A stretch of DNA of 64,000 nucleotides from an uncultured Pseudobdellovibrionaceae bacterium (GTDB taxonomy: Bacteria > Bdellovibrionota > FAC87 > UBA2466). The notes below the pieces were generated by a model that saw only the letters and a list, made by a program, of their open reading frames with translations, made no database searches and was not told the origin of the DNA. Location: contig CAZTDN010000004.1 of the NCBI GenBank assembly GCA_964611895.1, positions 64,301 to 128,300 of the forward strand. Direction: 5' to 3'. Made by a program: the position numbers and the translations under genes. This document shows positions 27,806-36,124 of this stretch, piece after piece (within the stretch, counting starts at the first letter, position 1; the number at the start of each line of letters is the position of its first letter).

Positions 27806-28642
27806 ATGTCATTCACTATTCAAACCAATGCGTTGGCCAATACGGTCATACGCAACTTGGACAATATCGAAGGGCGCGTCGCTACTTCGGTTTCCAAACT
27901 AGCAACCGGTAGTCGCATCGTCCGCGCTGCGGATGACCCAGCCGGGCTCGCCATTTCCGACCAAATGAGCGCCACTATTCGCTCAATGAATCAGGCACAA
28001 CGAAATGCGCAGGATGCTATCTCGCTCGTGCAAGTAGCTGAAGGCGGCACGGCTGAAATCAGCAATATGTTAATTCGCATCCGCGAACTCTCCATTCAGG
28101 CTTCATCTGATACGGTTGGCGATCGCGAACGCGAGATGCTCAACCTTGAGGTGCAGGAGCTCAAAAGCGAAATCACCCGTGTGGCGCGAACGACCACTTA
28201 CATGGGACGAGAGCTTTTGGCAGGAGATGCCGTCCACTTGGAATTCCAGGTCGGTGTGAACAATAATCCGGACCGAGACCGGATCGTATTCGATCCAGGA
28301 AACACAGACTTAACCTCGTCTGGACTCGGTGTGGAAAGCATCGATATTACCGATGTCGACTCTGCACGAAGCGGATTAAGCGGTGTAGACGAAGCGATTG
28401 GCAAAGTGAACGAGTTGCGCGCCAAAATCGGTTCAACCCAGAACCGCTTGCAAACGACAGTGAACACTCAAGGGATCTTCGCCGAAAACCTTGAAAACGC
28501 GAAGTCACGTATTCGCGATGCGGACATGGCCCGCGAAACCACAGCCCTGACCCGAGAGACAATCTTGCGCCAGGCTGGTGTCTCCGTACTCCAAGCCGCT
28601 AACGAAAACCCAAAACTCGCTCTGCAATTGTTACGAGGATAA
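27806..28642 (+). CDS. fliC: flagellin, paralogue 2
   Basis: 278 aa from ATG 27806 (SD AGGAGGGG). The track ORF starts 27 nt earlier. Near-identical termini to paralogue 1. Confidence 0.95.
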   Translation: MSFTIQTNALANTVIRNLDNIEGRVATSVSKLATGSRIVRAADDPAGLAISDQMSATIRSMNQAQRNAQDAISLVQVAEGGTAEISNMLIRIRELSIQASSDTVGDREREMLNLEVQELKSEITRVARTTTYMGRELLAGDAVHLEFQVGVNNNPDRDRIVFDPGNTDLTSSGLGVESIDITDVDSARSGLSGVDEAIGKVNELRAKIGSTQNRLQTTVNTQGIFAENLENAKSRIRDADMARETTALTRETILRQAGVSVLQAANENPKLALQLLRG

Positions 28643-28696
28643 TTGCACGCACCCGGAAGTCGCCCTCCCCTCGGGCGGCTACGCACCACTCAATGT

Positions 28697-28767
28697 ACGC
28701 GGTTATCAGGTACGCGGTTACTTTTTTTCAAAAGTAACCGCGTACCTGATAACCGCGTGCTTTTTTT
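28697..28767 (+). terminator. rho-independent terminator with unusually long perfect stem
   Basis: ACGCGGTTATCAGGTACGCGGTTAC (28697-28721), 12-nt loop, GTAACCGCGTACCTGATAACCGCGT (28734-28758), then GC + T7 (28761-67). Confidence 0.8.
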
Positions 28768-28890
28768 CAGCCTGCCGCATCAAATGTGCAAAAAACTCCA
28801 AGATGCTTAACGCGCCAAACCAACTCAAATAACTTCAATCAGGTTCTGCGCAATGTCATTTCATGATGCGGGGCGCTGTGTTTTTCTCCG

Positions 28891-28918
28891 TAAAGCCGAC
28901 GCCTTAGGACGACGAGAC
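28891..28918 (+). promoter_or_regulatory. possible sigma28-like promoter for flagellin 3
   Basis: TAAAG (28891) with 16 nt between TAAA and GACGAGAC (28911-18). Same TAAA-N16-GnCGAnA geometry as upstream of flagellin 1, but a weaker -10 match. Implies a leader of about 200 nt. Confidence 0.3.
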
Positions 28919-29127
28919 GGATTGTGTCTGGAGCCAGTTCACCTGGATGGTGCGCTGACAACAGACCGACTCACGTCGATTAATATCCGCAAGGTTAGCG
29001 GCGTTTCCCGCGAGGGAAATTGACTCACAAGGAAAGGAGGAACAAGCCAATTAGGTTGTTATTCTTTGCGACGGATTAGGCCGTCACTGGGGATCTTCCT
29101 GAATGGCTATTTCAGGAGGTCTCTTCC

Positions 29128-29964
29128 ATGGCTCTCGTGATTAATACCAACGCGCTGGCGATGACAGCTCAGCGTGAATTAGGACTAACCGAAAATAAAA
29201 TCCACAAAACTATCGAACGCTTGGCAACCGGTTCACGGATAGTAAGCGCTTCGGATGACCCGGCTGGACTGGCAATTTCCGACGGAATGCATGCAACCAT
29301 CCGCAGCTTGGCCCAGGCAACGCGTAACGCGCAGGACGCCGTCTCCCTGATTCAGGTGTTTGAAGGTGGGACGCACGAGATCAACAATATGCTCATTCGC
29401 TTGCGCGAGCTGGCAATGCAAGCTTCATCGGACACGGTGGGCGCTCGAGAACGCTCCATGCTCGACAACGAAGTACAGGAGCTCAAGAGCGAGATCACCC
29501 GTGTGGCCCGCACTACAACCTACCTCGACCGAGAATTGCTTGCGGGCGAGCAGATCCGGTTAGAGTTCCAGGTCGGTGTCGGTAACGACTCCACAAAGGA
29601 TCGTATCGTTTTTGACCCCGGCAACACGGACTTGCGTATTGGTTCCATTGGATTGGGGGATATGACTGTGAGTGACAAGCTGGTCGCTCAAGAGTCCTTG
29701 ACCCAGATTGACGACGCGCTCAATTCAATCAACGAAATGCGCGCGCGCATCGGGTCATCCCAAAACCGACTTCAGACAACTATCAACTCGCAAGGAATTT
29801 ACCAAGAAAACTTGATGAATGCCCGGTCTCGTATCAAAGACGCAGACATGGCATTCGAAACAACTGAAATGACGAAGCAATCAATCCTTCGCCAGGCAGG
29901 TCTATCAGTGTTGATGCAAGCGAACCAGAATCCACAGCTTGCTCTGAAACTACTCAACATGTAA
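29128..29964 (+). CDS. fliC: flagellin, paralogue 3 (most divergent)
   Basis: 278 aa. MALVINTNALAMTAQREL ... LATGSRIVSASDDPAGLAISD ... GSSQNRLQTTIN ... ILRQAGLSVLMQANQNPQLALKLL. SD AGGAGG. Confidence 0.95.
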   Translation: MALVINTNALAMTAQRELGLTENKIHKTIERLATGSRIVSASDDPAGLAISDGMHATIRSLAQATRNAQDAVSLIQVFEGGTHEINNMLIRLRELAMQASSDTVGARERSMLDNEVQELKSEITRVARTTTYLDRELLAGEQIRLEFQVGVGNDSTKDRIVFDPGNTDLRIGSIGLGDMTVSDKLVAQESLTQIDDALNSINEMRARIGSSQNRLQTTINSQGIYQENLMNARSRIKDADMAFETTEMTKQSILRQAGLSVLMQANQNPQLALKLLNM

Positions 29965-29999
29965 CGACAGTACGTCCCGTAGTAGCCAATGGAAGAAAG

Positions 30000-30029
30000 G
30001 GGGGACGGCTGGAAGCTGTCCCCCGTTTT
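30000..30029. terminator. bidirectional terminator shared by flagellin 3 and topA
   Basis: GGGGGACGGC, TGGAA loop, GCTGTCCCCC (one G-T pair), followed by GTTTTC on the + strand and CTTTCTT on the - strand. Sits between convergent stops at 29964 and 30040. Confidence 0.65.
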
Positions 30030-30039
30030 CTCAAATACA

Positions 30040-32358
30040 TTAGCTACCCGCGGCTTCAGGAACTTTTTCGCTAAAGCCGCAGTCCTTGTTGGGACACTTG
30101 ATAGATGCCCCGTCTTTTTTAGTATAGCGCTCGGTCAGGAACGGGTGCTGACACTGCGGACAGGGCTTGTCTTTAATGGGCTTGTCCCAGATGGCGTATT
30201 TGCAATCCGGGTATCGGGTGCAACTATAAAAAGCTTTGCCGAAGCGAGTCCTCTTTTGGGAGAGCTCACCCTGCTTGCAATCCGGGCATTGGATTCCCGT
30301 GGTAATCGGCTTGGTTGTCTTGCATCCCGGGTAGGCAGAACACGCCAAAAAACGCCCAAACCGGCCCGTCTTGACGACCATCGGCTCGGAGCAGTTAGGA
30401 CATTTCTCATCGGTAGTTGGGGCAGCCTGAAGCTCGATCTTGCCATCTTCGGCCACTTTGAACTCACCCGTGAATCGACATTCGGGATACCCTTGACAGG
30501 CTATGAACTTTCCATTGCGTCCCCATTTGATCACCAATTTCTTGCTGCATTTGGGACAGTCTAGATCGGTCGGGGTTTCTTCCCGTTTCACGTCCCGCAT
30601 TTTTTCTGCGGCCTGCTTGAGCGTATCTTCAAACGGGGTATAAAAATTCCGAAGGGTCTTCACCCAATCAACATTTCCCTCTTCGATCTGATCGAGCTGA
30701 TCTTCCATCGTGGCCGTAAAGGCAACGTCCACAATGTCCTTGAAGTTTTCAATAAGGAGCTCAGTGACGATGTTCCCGAGGTCTGTCGGAATAAAACGGT
30801 TTTCTATTTTTTCGACATACTTGCGGTCCTGAATGGTCGAAAGAATGGCGGCATAGGTCGAGGGCCGACCGATCCCTTTTTCTTCTAATTCCTTAATCAG
30901 CGAGCTTTCCGAGTACCTCGGCGGCGGTTGGGTCATGTGCTTTTCGCTCGTGACTTTTTTGCAAGACACCGCGGTATCTTGCTGCAAATCCGGCAGACGA
31001 TCCGCAACATCCTCGTCTTTTTCGTCTTCGGACTGCCAAAGCTTCAAGAACCCATCAAACTTCAACACAGATCCATTAGCCCTAAACCCGTAGGTCGTAT
31101 CTCCCTTGGCCTCCAGCTCTACAGCGGTCTGATCGAACACCGCTTGGGACATTTGACAGGCTAAATACCGTTTCCAAATCAAATCATAGAGTTTGAACTG
31201 ATCGGCATCCAGAAAGGGCTTTACTTTTTCCGGTGGAAACTCCGTCGACGTCGGGCGAACAGCTTCATGTGCGTCTTGGGCATTCTTTTTGTTTTTATAT
31301 TCGATGGGCGCTTCGGGCAGGTATTCCTTACCAAACGATTCGAGAATCATTTTCCGAGCATCCACAATAGCGACATCGGAGAGTCGAATCGAATCGGTTC
31401 GCATGTAGGTGATCAAACCCTGCGCACCGGAGTCGCCAATTTCTACGCCCTCATAGAGCTGTTGCGCGAGCATCATGGTTTTTTTTGCACTGAAGTACAG
31501 TCGCTTTGATGCCTCTTGCTGCAGAGTAGAGGTAATGAACGGCGCGTCCGGATTGCGTTTGCGCTGCTTTTTCTGAATGGAGGAAATTTTCCATTTTGCT
31601 TTGGAGGCCCCAGCGACAATTTCGTTAGCCCACTCTTCGGTGTTGACCGTCAAACGGTCGATCTTTTCTTCGCCGACTTTTACCAATCGCCCAACAAATG
31701 CTTTGCCTTCTCCGGTAAGATCCGCAGCGATGCTCCAGTAGGGCTGAGGAATAAAAGCTTTGACCTCTTTTTCCCGCTCTACTACTAGCCGAACGGCCAC
31801 CGATTGCACACGCCCAGCAGAAAGTCCTCGACGCACTTTTGTCCAGAGAATGGGGGATATTTTATACCCGACTAAACGATCTAAAATACGGCGCGCTTGC
31901 TGCGACTCGAAGCGATCTTGATTCAACTCCAGAGGGTTCTCTAGAGCCTTGAGGACAGCGCCCTTGGTGATCTCATGAAATAAAACTCGGGAGACCTTAG
32001 CCTTGGGAAGCTTGAGCATTTCCGCCACGTGCCAAGCGATGGCTTCTCCTTCACGATCCGGATCTGCTGCTAGATAAACGCGGCTGGCTTTCTTAGCCGC
32101 TTCGGTAATTTCGTCTATTACTTTCTGTTTGCCTTTGATGACGTTGTAAGTCGGAGCAAAGTCCTTTTCAACATCGACGCCCAACTCACTCTTGGGCAAA
32201 TCCATTAAATGACCGACACTGGCTTTGACATCAAAACCACGGCCTAGATATTTTTTTAGAGTTTTTGCTTTGGCTGGGGACTCGACAATGATCAGGCCTT
32301 TGCCGGCACTCGACTTCGCAGTGGTGGCTGCGGTTTTTTTAGCTTTGGCCTTTTCCAT
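30040..32358 (-). CDS. topA: DNA topoisomerase I
   Basis: 772 aa. TOPRIM N-terminus (LIIVESPAKAKTLKKYLG), active-site region GLITYMRTDS, and four C-terminal C4 zinc ribbons (CPKC..C..C etc). Confidence 0.95.
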   Translation of the reverse strand: MEKAKAKKTAATTAKSSAGKGLIIVESPAKAKTLKKYLGRGFDVKASVGHLMDLPKSELGVDVEKDFAPTYNVIKGKQKVIDEITEAAKKASRVYLAADPDREGEAIAWHVAEMLKLPKAKVSRVLFHEITKGAVLKALENPLELNQDRFESQQARRILDRLVGYKISPILWTKVRRGLSAGRVQSVAVRLVVEREKEVKAFIPQPYWSIAADLTGEGKAFVGRLVKVGEEKIDRLTVNTEEWANEIVAGASKAKWKISSIQKKQRKRNPDAPFITSTLQQEASKRLYFSAKKTMMLAQQLYEGVEIGDSGAQGLITYMRTDSIRLSDVAIVDARKMILESFGKEYLPEAPIEYKNKKNAQDAHEAVRPTSTEFPPEKVKPFLDADQFKLYDLIWKRYLACQMSQAVFDQTAVELEAKGDTTYGFRANGSVLKFDGFLKLWQSEDEKDEDVADRLPDLQQDTAVSCKKVTSEKHMTQPPPRYSESSLIKELEEKGIGRPSTYAAILSTIQDRKYVEKIENRFIPTDLGNIVTELLIENFKDIVDVAFTATMEDQLDQIEEGNVDWVKTLRNFYTPFEDTLKQAAEKMRDVKREETPTDLDCPKCSKKLVIKWGRNGKFIACQGYPECRFTGEFKVAEDGKIELQAAPTTDEKCPNCSEPMVVKTGRFGRFLACSAYPGCKTTKPITTGIQCPDCKQGELSQKRTRFGKAFYSCTRYPDCKYAIWDKPIKDKPCPQCQHPFLTERYTKKDGASIKCPNKDCGFSEKVPEAAGS

Positions 32359-32367
32359 TTGTGATTT

Positions 32368-32832
32368 CTAATTCAACTGGGACTCGGGACCAGACTCTCT
32401 TCCACTTTCGCCTAGGATTTTGTGCTCATAGCCGAAAACAGTTAGGGCCGCAACGGTTTTTATCTCCTTGAGTCCCGCGGGCTCCTCAAGACCCATGGCT
32501 TTGTGGATGATTTCATCCTCGAGCGCGTGATCAATGATCCCGCGGCATTTCAGTTTCCATAGATACCCACGAACGCGACTGGATAGACGAACACACTCCT
32601 CTGAAGTGTAACTACGCAAAACTGGGAGCAATTCACTCCAATAGGGACCCGGTATTTCTAACATGGTCCGCTCAATATGCGAGATTGCGTCCTCTATCTC
32701 ATCTTCAGAAAATCCCTTCTCGGTGAGTTCATCCCAAATTTCTTGGGCGTCATAGAACAGGTCCTTGTTCTCCGTTAGAGATTGAGACAACAGACCCAGG
32801 ATCACAAATGTCTTCTCCCTCACGCTCATCAC
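32368..32832 (-). CDS. smg: Smg (DUF494) protein
   Basis: 154 aa. Conserved dprA-smg-topA synteny as in enterobacteria. Motifs GFSEDEIEDAISHIE and YTSEECVRLSSRVRGYL match the DUF494 pattern. Confidence 0.7.
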   Translation of the reverse strand: MMSVREKTFVILGLLSQSLTENKDLFYDAQEIWDELTEKGFSEDEIEDAISHIERTMLEIPGPYWSELLPVLRSYTSEECVRLSSRVRGYLWKLKCRGIIDHALEDEIIHKAMGLEEPAGLKEIKTVAALTVFGYEHKILGESGRESGPESQLN

Positions 32833-32895
32833 CTTTTTTTCGGGTTATGATTTTATTTTTCTTAAAACTCAAGCATTTGGCAAGTCTTGAGCTGT

Positions 32896-33888
32896 TTACG
32901 CGCCACGGTAGACATAGCGCTGTGGGCCGAGTTCGTACAGCCAACCTTGTTCCACGCCTCTTTCAATGAGATGACGAACCGCCTGAGGATCTGCCTTGAG
33001 TTGCGCTAACAACTCTGCGTACGACGCAACGTCACACCCCTTAAAAACAGTTTTGATTTTTTCTAGATCCTCGCACTTCCAAGATTTCTCCAAACCCGGA
33101 AGCACTCCTGGCCGAAGCTCTTCTGCAATCTGTGTCCATCGAGTCACCAGGCGCGCCCCTTGCTGGATCAGCGCGTGACTGCCCTCAAATCCCTCCTCGT
33201 AAAAAGGACCAGGAACCACGAAAACTTCTCGGTTTTGAGCCACCGCGTGGTGGGCTGTGGTCAACGATCCACTTTTTGCACCGGCTTCAATCACCACCAC
33301 CCCAAGCGCCAATCCGGACAAGATGCGATTGCGCCGGGGAAAATGATACGGCTGAGCTTGAACTCCCACGGGGTACTCGGAGACGAGACACCCTCCTGTA
33401 CGCAGCACATCATTAGAGAGCACGCGATTGCAGGTTGGATAGAGACGATCCAGTCCATGAGCGAGTACGGCGATCGTCGGTTTGCCGGATTGCACGGAAG
33501 TGGCATGTGCGATGGCATCAATGCCCCTTGCAAGCCCGCTAATGAGCGTTGCACCGCCTTCCACCAAGCCTCTAGAAAAACCATGGGCCGCTCGCAAACC
33601 ATAAGCGCTCGGTCTGCGAGCTCCCACCAAAGCTATTGCAGCCCCTTCGTACAAGCTCTCCAGAGTGCCTTTCACAAAAAGCCACGGGGGATAGTCTGCG
33701 ATTTCTTTGAGTAGCACGGGAAAATCGTCGGGAGAAAGCAGATGAACCTTCTCGGACTCACACCAGGAGAGTAAGTGGCGGGACTTCTCTGACAAAGGAA
33801 TGTGGGGATCAACCAGGGGGAAGTACCTATCGTAAACGTGTTCAATCCAGCTCAGACTCTTCATCTGCAGAGCCTTGCACGAATGCAC
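32896..33888 (-). CDS. dprA: DNA-processing protein DprA/Smf
   Basis: ALVGARRPSAYGLRAAHGFSRGLVEGGATLISGLARGIDAIAHATS ... PRRNRILSGL, typical of the DprA Rossmann domain. Confidence 0.9.
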   Translation of the reverse strand: MHSCKALQMKSLSWIEHVYDRYFPLVDPHIPLSEKSRHLLSWCESEKVHLLSPDDFPVLLKEIADYPPWLFVKGTLESLYEGAAIALVGARRPSAYGLRAAHGFSRGLVEGGATLISGLARGIDAIAHATSVQSGKPTIAVLAHGLDRLYPTCNRVLSNDVLRTGGCLVSEYPVGVQAQPYHFPRRNRILSGLALGVVVIEAGAKSGSLTTAHHAVAQNREVFVVPGPFYEEGFEGSHALIQQGARLVTRWTQIAEELRPGVLPGLEKSWKCEDLEKIKTVFKGCDVASYAELLAQLKADPQAVRHLIERGVEQGWLYELGPQRYVYRGA

Positions 33889-33938
33889 TGATTGGCGTCA
33901 ATGGGGTTAGGGGAGCGTCGGTGCTCGGGTGCTCTTTT

Positions 33939-35084
33939 TTAGTTCACCAGAATTTCCTGCACTTCACGGTGAGGTAGGGGAGCAGGGTCGGCGAATCGCT
34001 GTGCAGCAACGAGTTTGTCGCCGACGTGCAGCGGCACTTTATTGCGGAGGATCAAACCAATACTAGAAGCGACTCCCACCGAAAGAATCTGGACTTCGCC
34101 TTTGTAGTCAGGGCGGACTTCTTCTGTACTTTTCAAATAGGGATCTTCGTCGACCACCACGCGAAACAAAAAACCTTCTTTCATGCCGTCACTTACCCCT
34201 CGATTGAGCAACACTATGTGCCCTTGGTTAAACGCGGACAGCCCCGAAATCTCTCCCTGCACAATGCTCGCACTCAAATCCCCTGGCGGCAAAAATGTCG
34301 CCAAGGATTTGATCGGTTCTCTAAAAGCGATCAACCTATCCCCACGTTTGATCATGCCCGCATGAGCGACCAATTCGACTTTGGTCTGATCCGCCTCGGT
34401 ATGCAGCGTCTTCACGGTTCCTAGCAGCCGAACCAAAACCCCCAACCGCCCTCGCCCCTCGACAGAATCCCGAACCGTATCTTCCACTCGCACTACAGTA
34501 TAGGTTGTTCCCGGAGCACGGCCGTCGGGAGGAAGTTTGGCGTAGATCTCCGAATGCAACGTAAACCACTCCCAAGGGGTGTACGCCCCGGTGAGTTCGC
34601 CCAGAAGCTCGGATTCTTGAATCACTTCGAACGCCGGGCGGTACTGATTCTTGAATGACAAGTTTACAATCGAATCGTTATCCACATCCGTTGCGTGTCC
34701 CGGCACATTGGGAGTGAGCTTGATCAAGGGGATCTGAGGCCCCGCCGATCCGGAATCGGGTCGATAGAACGCCAGCACTTGCCCCAGGTATAAATCATGT
34801 GGATTACCGATCTCCGGATTCATCGCCCAGAGCTTAGTCCAAAGCTCTGCTTTGCCTACCGTCCGACTCGAAATTCCCCAAAGCGTGTCCCCATTCTCAA
34901 CGGTGTATTTATCGTCTTTTTTACCGGCCAATAGACTGAGCCACTGAGACTCAGACATCGGCCCATGCAAAGAAATCCCCGCCAAAATTTCCTCAGCTCG
35001 ATTGGGGTCGAGCGAATAGCGGTAGGGCCTCGCACTCAGGGCACCGCACAAAAAAAGACAAAGGAGCAAAGTATTCAGCTTCAT
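33939..35084 (-). CDS. LysM domain-containing envelope protein
   Basis: Start taken at MKLNTLLLCLFLCGALSA (signal peptide) at 35084. LysM motif YTVENGDTLWGISS...LYLGQVLAF. The upstream 105 codons of the track ORF overlap the TPR gene and are rejected. Confidence 0.75.
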   Translation of the reverse strand: MKLNTLLLCLFLCGALSARPYRYSLDPNRAEEILAGISLHGPMSESQWLSLLAGKKDDKYTVENGDTLWGISSRTVGKAELWTKLWAMNPEIGNPHDLYLGQVLAFYRPDSGSAGPQIPLIKLTPNVPGHATDVDNDSIVNLSFKNQYRPAFEVIQESELLGELTGAYTPWEWFTLHSEIYAKLPPDGRAPGTTYTVVRVEDTVRDSVEGRGRLGVLVRLLGTVKTLHTEADQTKVELVAHAGMIKRGDRLIAFREPIKSLATFLPPGDLSASIVQGEISGLSAFNQGHIVLLNRGVSDGMKEGFLFRVVVDEDPYLKSTEEVRPDYKGEVQILSVGVASSIGLILRNKVPLHVGDKLVAAQRFADPAPLPHREVQEILVN

Positions 35085-35092
35085 ACGATCCT

Positions 35093-35665
35093 CTAATTCT
35101 GAGTGGTTCCCAACTCGGCCTGACAACGCGCCAATGCTTGCATGGCCTCGGGGATTTTCGGGCTCTGAGGAAACTGGGCCAAAAGCCGATTGAACGAAAT
35201 CAATGCCAGTCCATATTCCCGACTCTTGAAGTACGACTCCCCAATGAAATACTGCGCTTCGTGCGCCAACGCGTGATCTGGCGCGAGGTTCAAAAATCGC
35301 GTGAACGCTCCCACGGCGGCGTCGTACTTTCCCGCTCTGAGCAGCTCTTTGCCGTGCTCCAACCAGATCAACGACTCGTTCACAGAGCTTGCGATCCACT
35401 CCGATGCCGTTTCCTCCGGTCTCGGCGGAGTCGCTTTCGGGGCACGTAGAGGCTTGAGCACTTTAACCTTCGCTCGCATGATCGGCTGCGTGGGGGTGAG
35501 GCCGAGCTCTTTTTCCATCGCTTCCGTTTCGGAATCTGGAGTCGAGGAAAAGGACAAAAGCTGCGACGGCAAAGTCGATGCAGCCACGCAGCCGCCCACC
35601 CATATTGCTGCTATGCATCCAGCTCTAAAAGAGATTGAGACCCTCACTCGTCTATTGTAACGCAT
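35093..35665 (-). CDS. TPR lipoprotein, YbgF/CpoB-like
   Basis: 190 aa. Lipobox WVGGC. C-terminal TPR pair (AGKYDAAVGAFTRFLNLAPDHALAHEAQYFIGESYFKSREYGLALISFNRLLAQFPQSPKIPEAM) like the Tol-Pal-associated YbgF. Confidence 0.65.
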   Translation of the reverse strand: MRYNRRVRVSISFRAGCIAAIWVGGCVAASTLPSQLLSFSSTPDSETEAMEKELGLTPTQPIMRAKVKVLKPLRAPKATPPRPEETASEWIASSVNESLIWLEHGKELLRAGKYDAAVGAFTRFLNLAPDHALAHEAQYFIGESYFKSREYGLALISFNRLLAQFPQSPKIPEAMQALARCQAELGTTQN

Positions 35666-35712
35666 TCTAAAAAAAAATTGCCCCTACCGGGTGGATTCGA
35701 TACGTTCCACCC

Positions 35713-36066
35713 ATGGCTTGCGAGACTTGTCAGGGCGGAAAACTCGATTGGTACTACAATACCGCTGACCAAAAATATTATGGAAGCACAGGGTGCGCTA
35801 GCCCAGTCGCAAACTGGGGTTGTACCGACGGCACCGGTTATGCCTGCACGAGCATGTGCGCGGGTTGCGGGGGGCCCTACTTCACCACAAATGGGTCTGC
35901 TGTCGTGAGTTGTTTTACAAACTCCAGTTGCACTACCCCTTGCGTCACGGTGAACGAACTGCCCTTCAGCCGCCAAACGGCTTGGTGGGGGCTCACTGCT
36001 GCTGCCGCCGCTCTTGTGACTTTCTTTGTGGCTCGCAAATTCCGTCTGCGTCGCTTTAGCAAGTAA
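35713..36066 (+). CDS. Cys/Gly/Thr-rich small protein with C-terminal TM anchor (117 aa), no signal peptide
   Basis: 10 Cys including CxxC at residues 3-6 and 49-52. C-terminus ELPFSRQTAWWGLTAAAAALVTFFVARKFRLRRFSK. First canonical start in frame (an in-frame TAA lies at 35668). It fills an otherwise gene-free gap of about 430 nt. Confidence 0.5.
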   Translation: MACETCQGGKLDWYYNTADQKYYGSTGCASPVANWGCTDGTGYACTSMCAGCGGPYFTTNGSAVVSCFTNSSCTTPCVTVNELPFSRQTAWWGLTAAAAALVTFFVARKFRLRRFSK

Positions 36067-36124
36067 CGAAGTCCTCCTTTCGTCCACTGCGCGTGCTATG
36101 ATTATTCCGCACGCAGGCGAGAAA

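Noticed and set aside
28853-29023. 56-codon ORF starting MSF..., like the flagellins, in the fliC2-fliC3 spacer. Considered as a flagellin pseudogene remnant.
   Set aside because: Beyond the first three residues there is no similarity to flagellin D0 (MSFHDAGRCVFLRK... versus MSFTIQTNALANT...). The match is likely chance.
35085-35399. N-terminal 105-codon extension of the LysM protein ORF.
   Set aside because: It overlaps the TPR lipoprotein gene in another frame. A good signal peptide begins at the internal ATG 35084.
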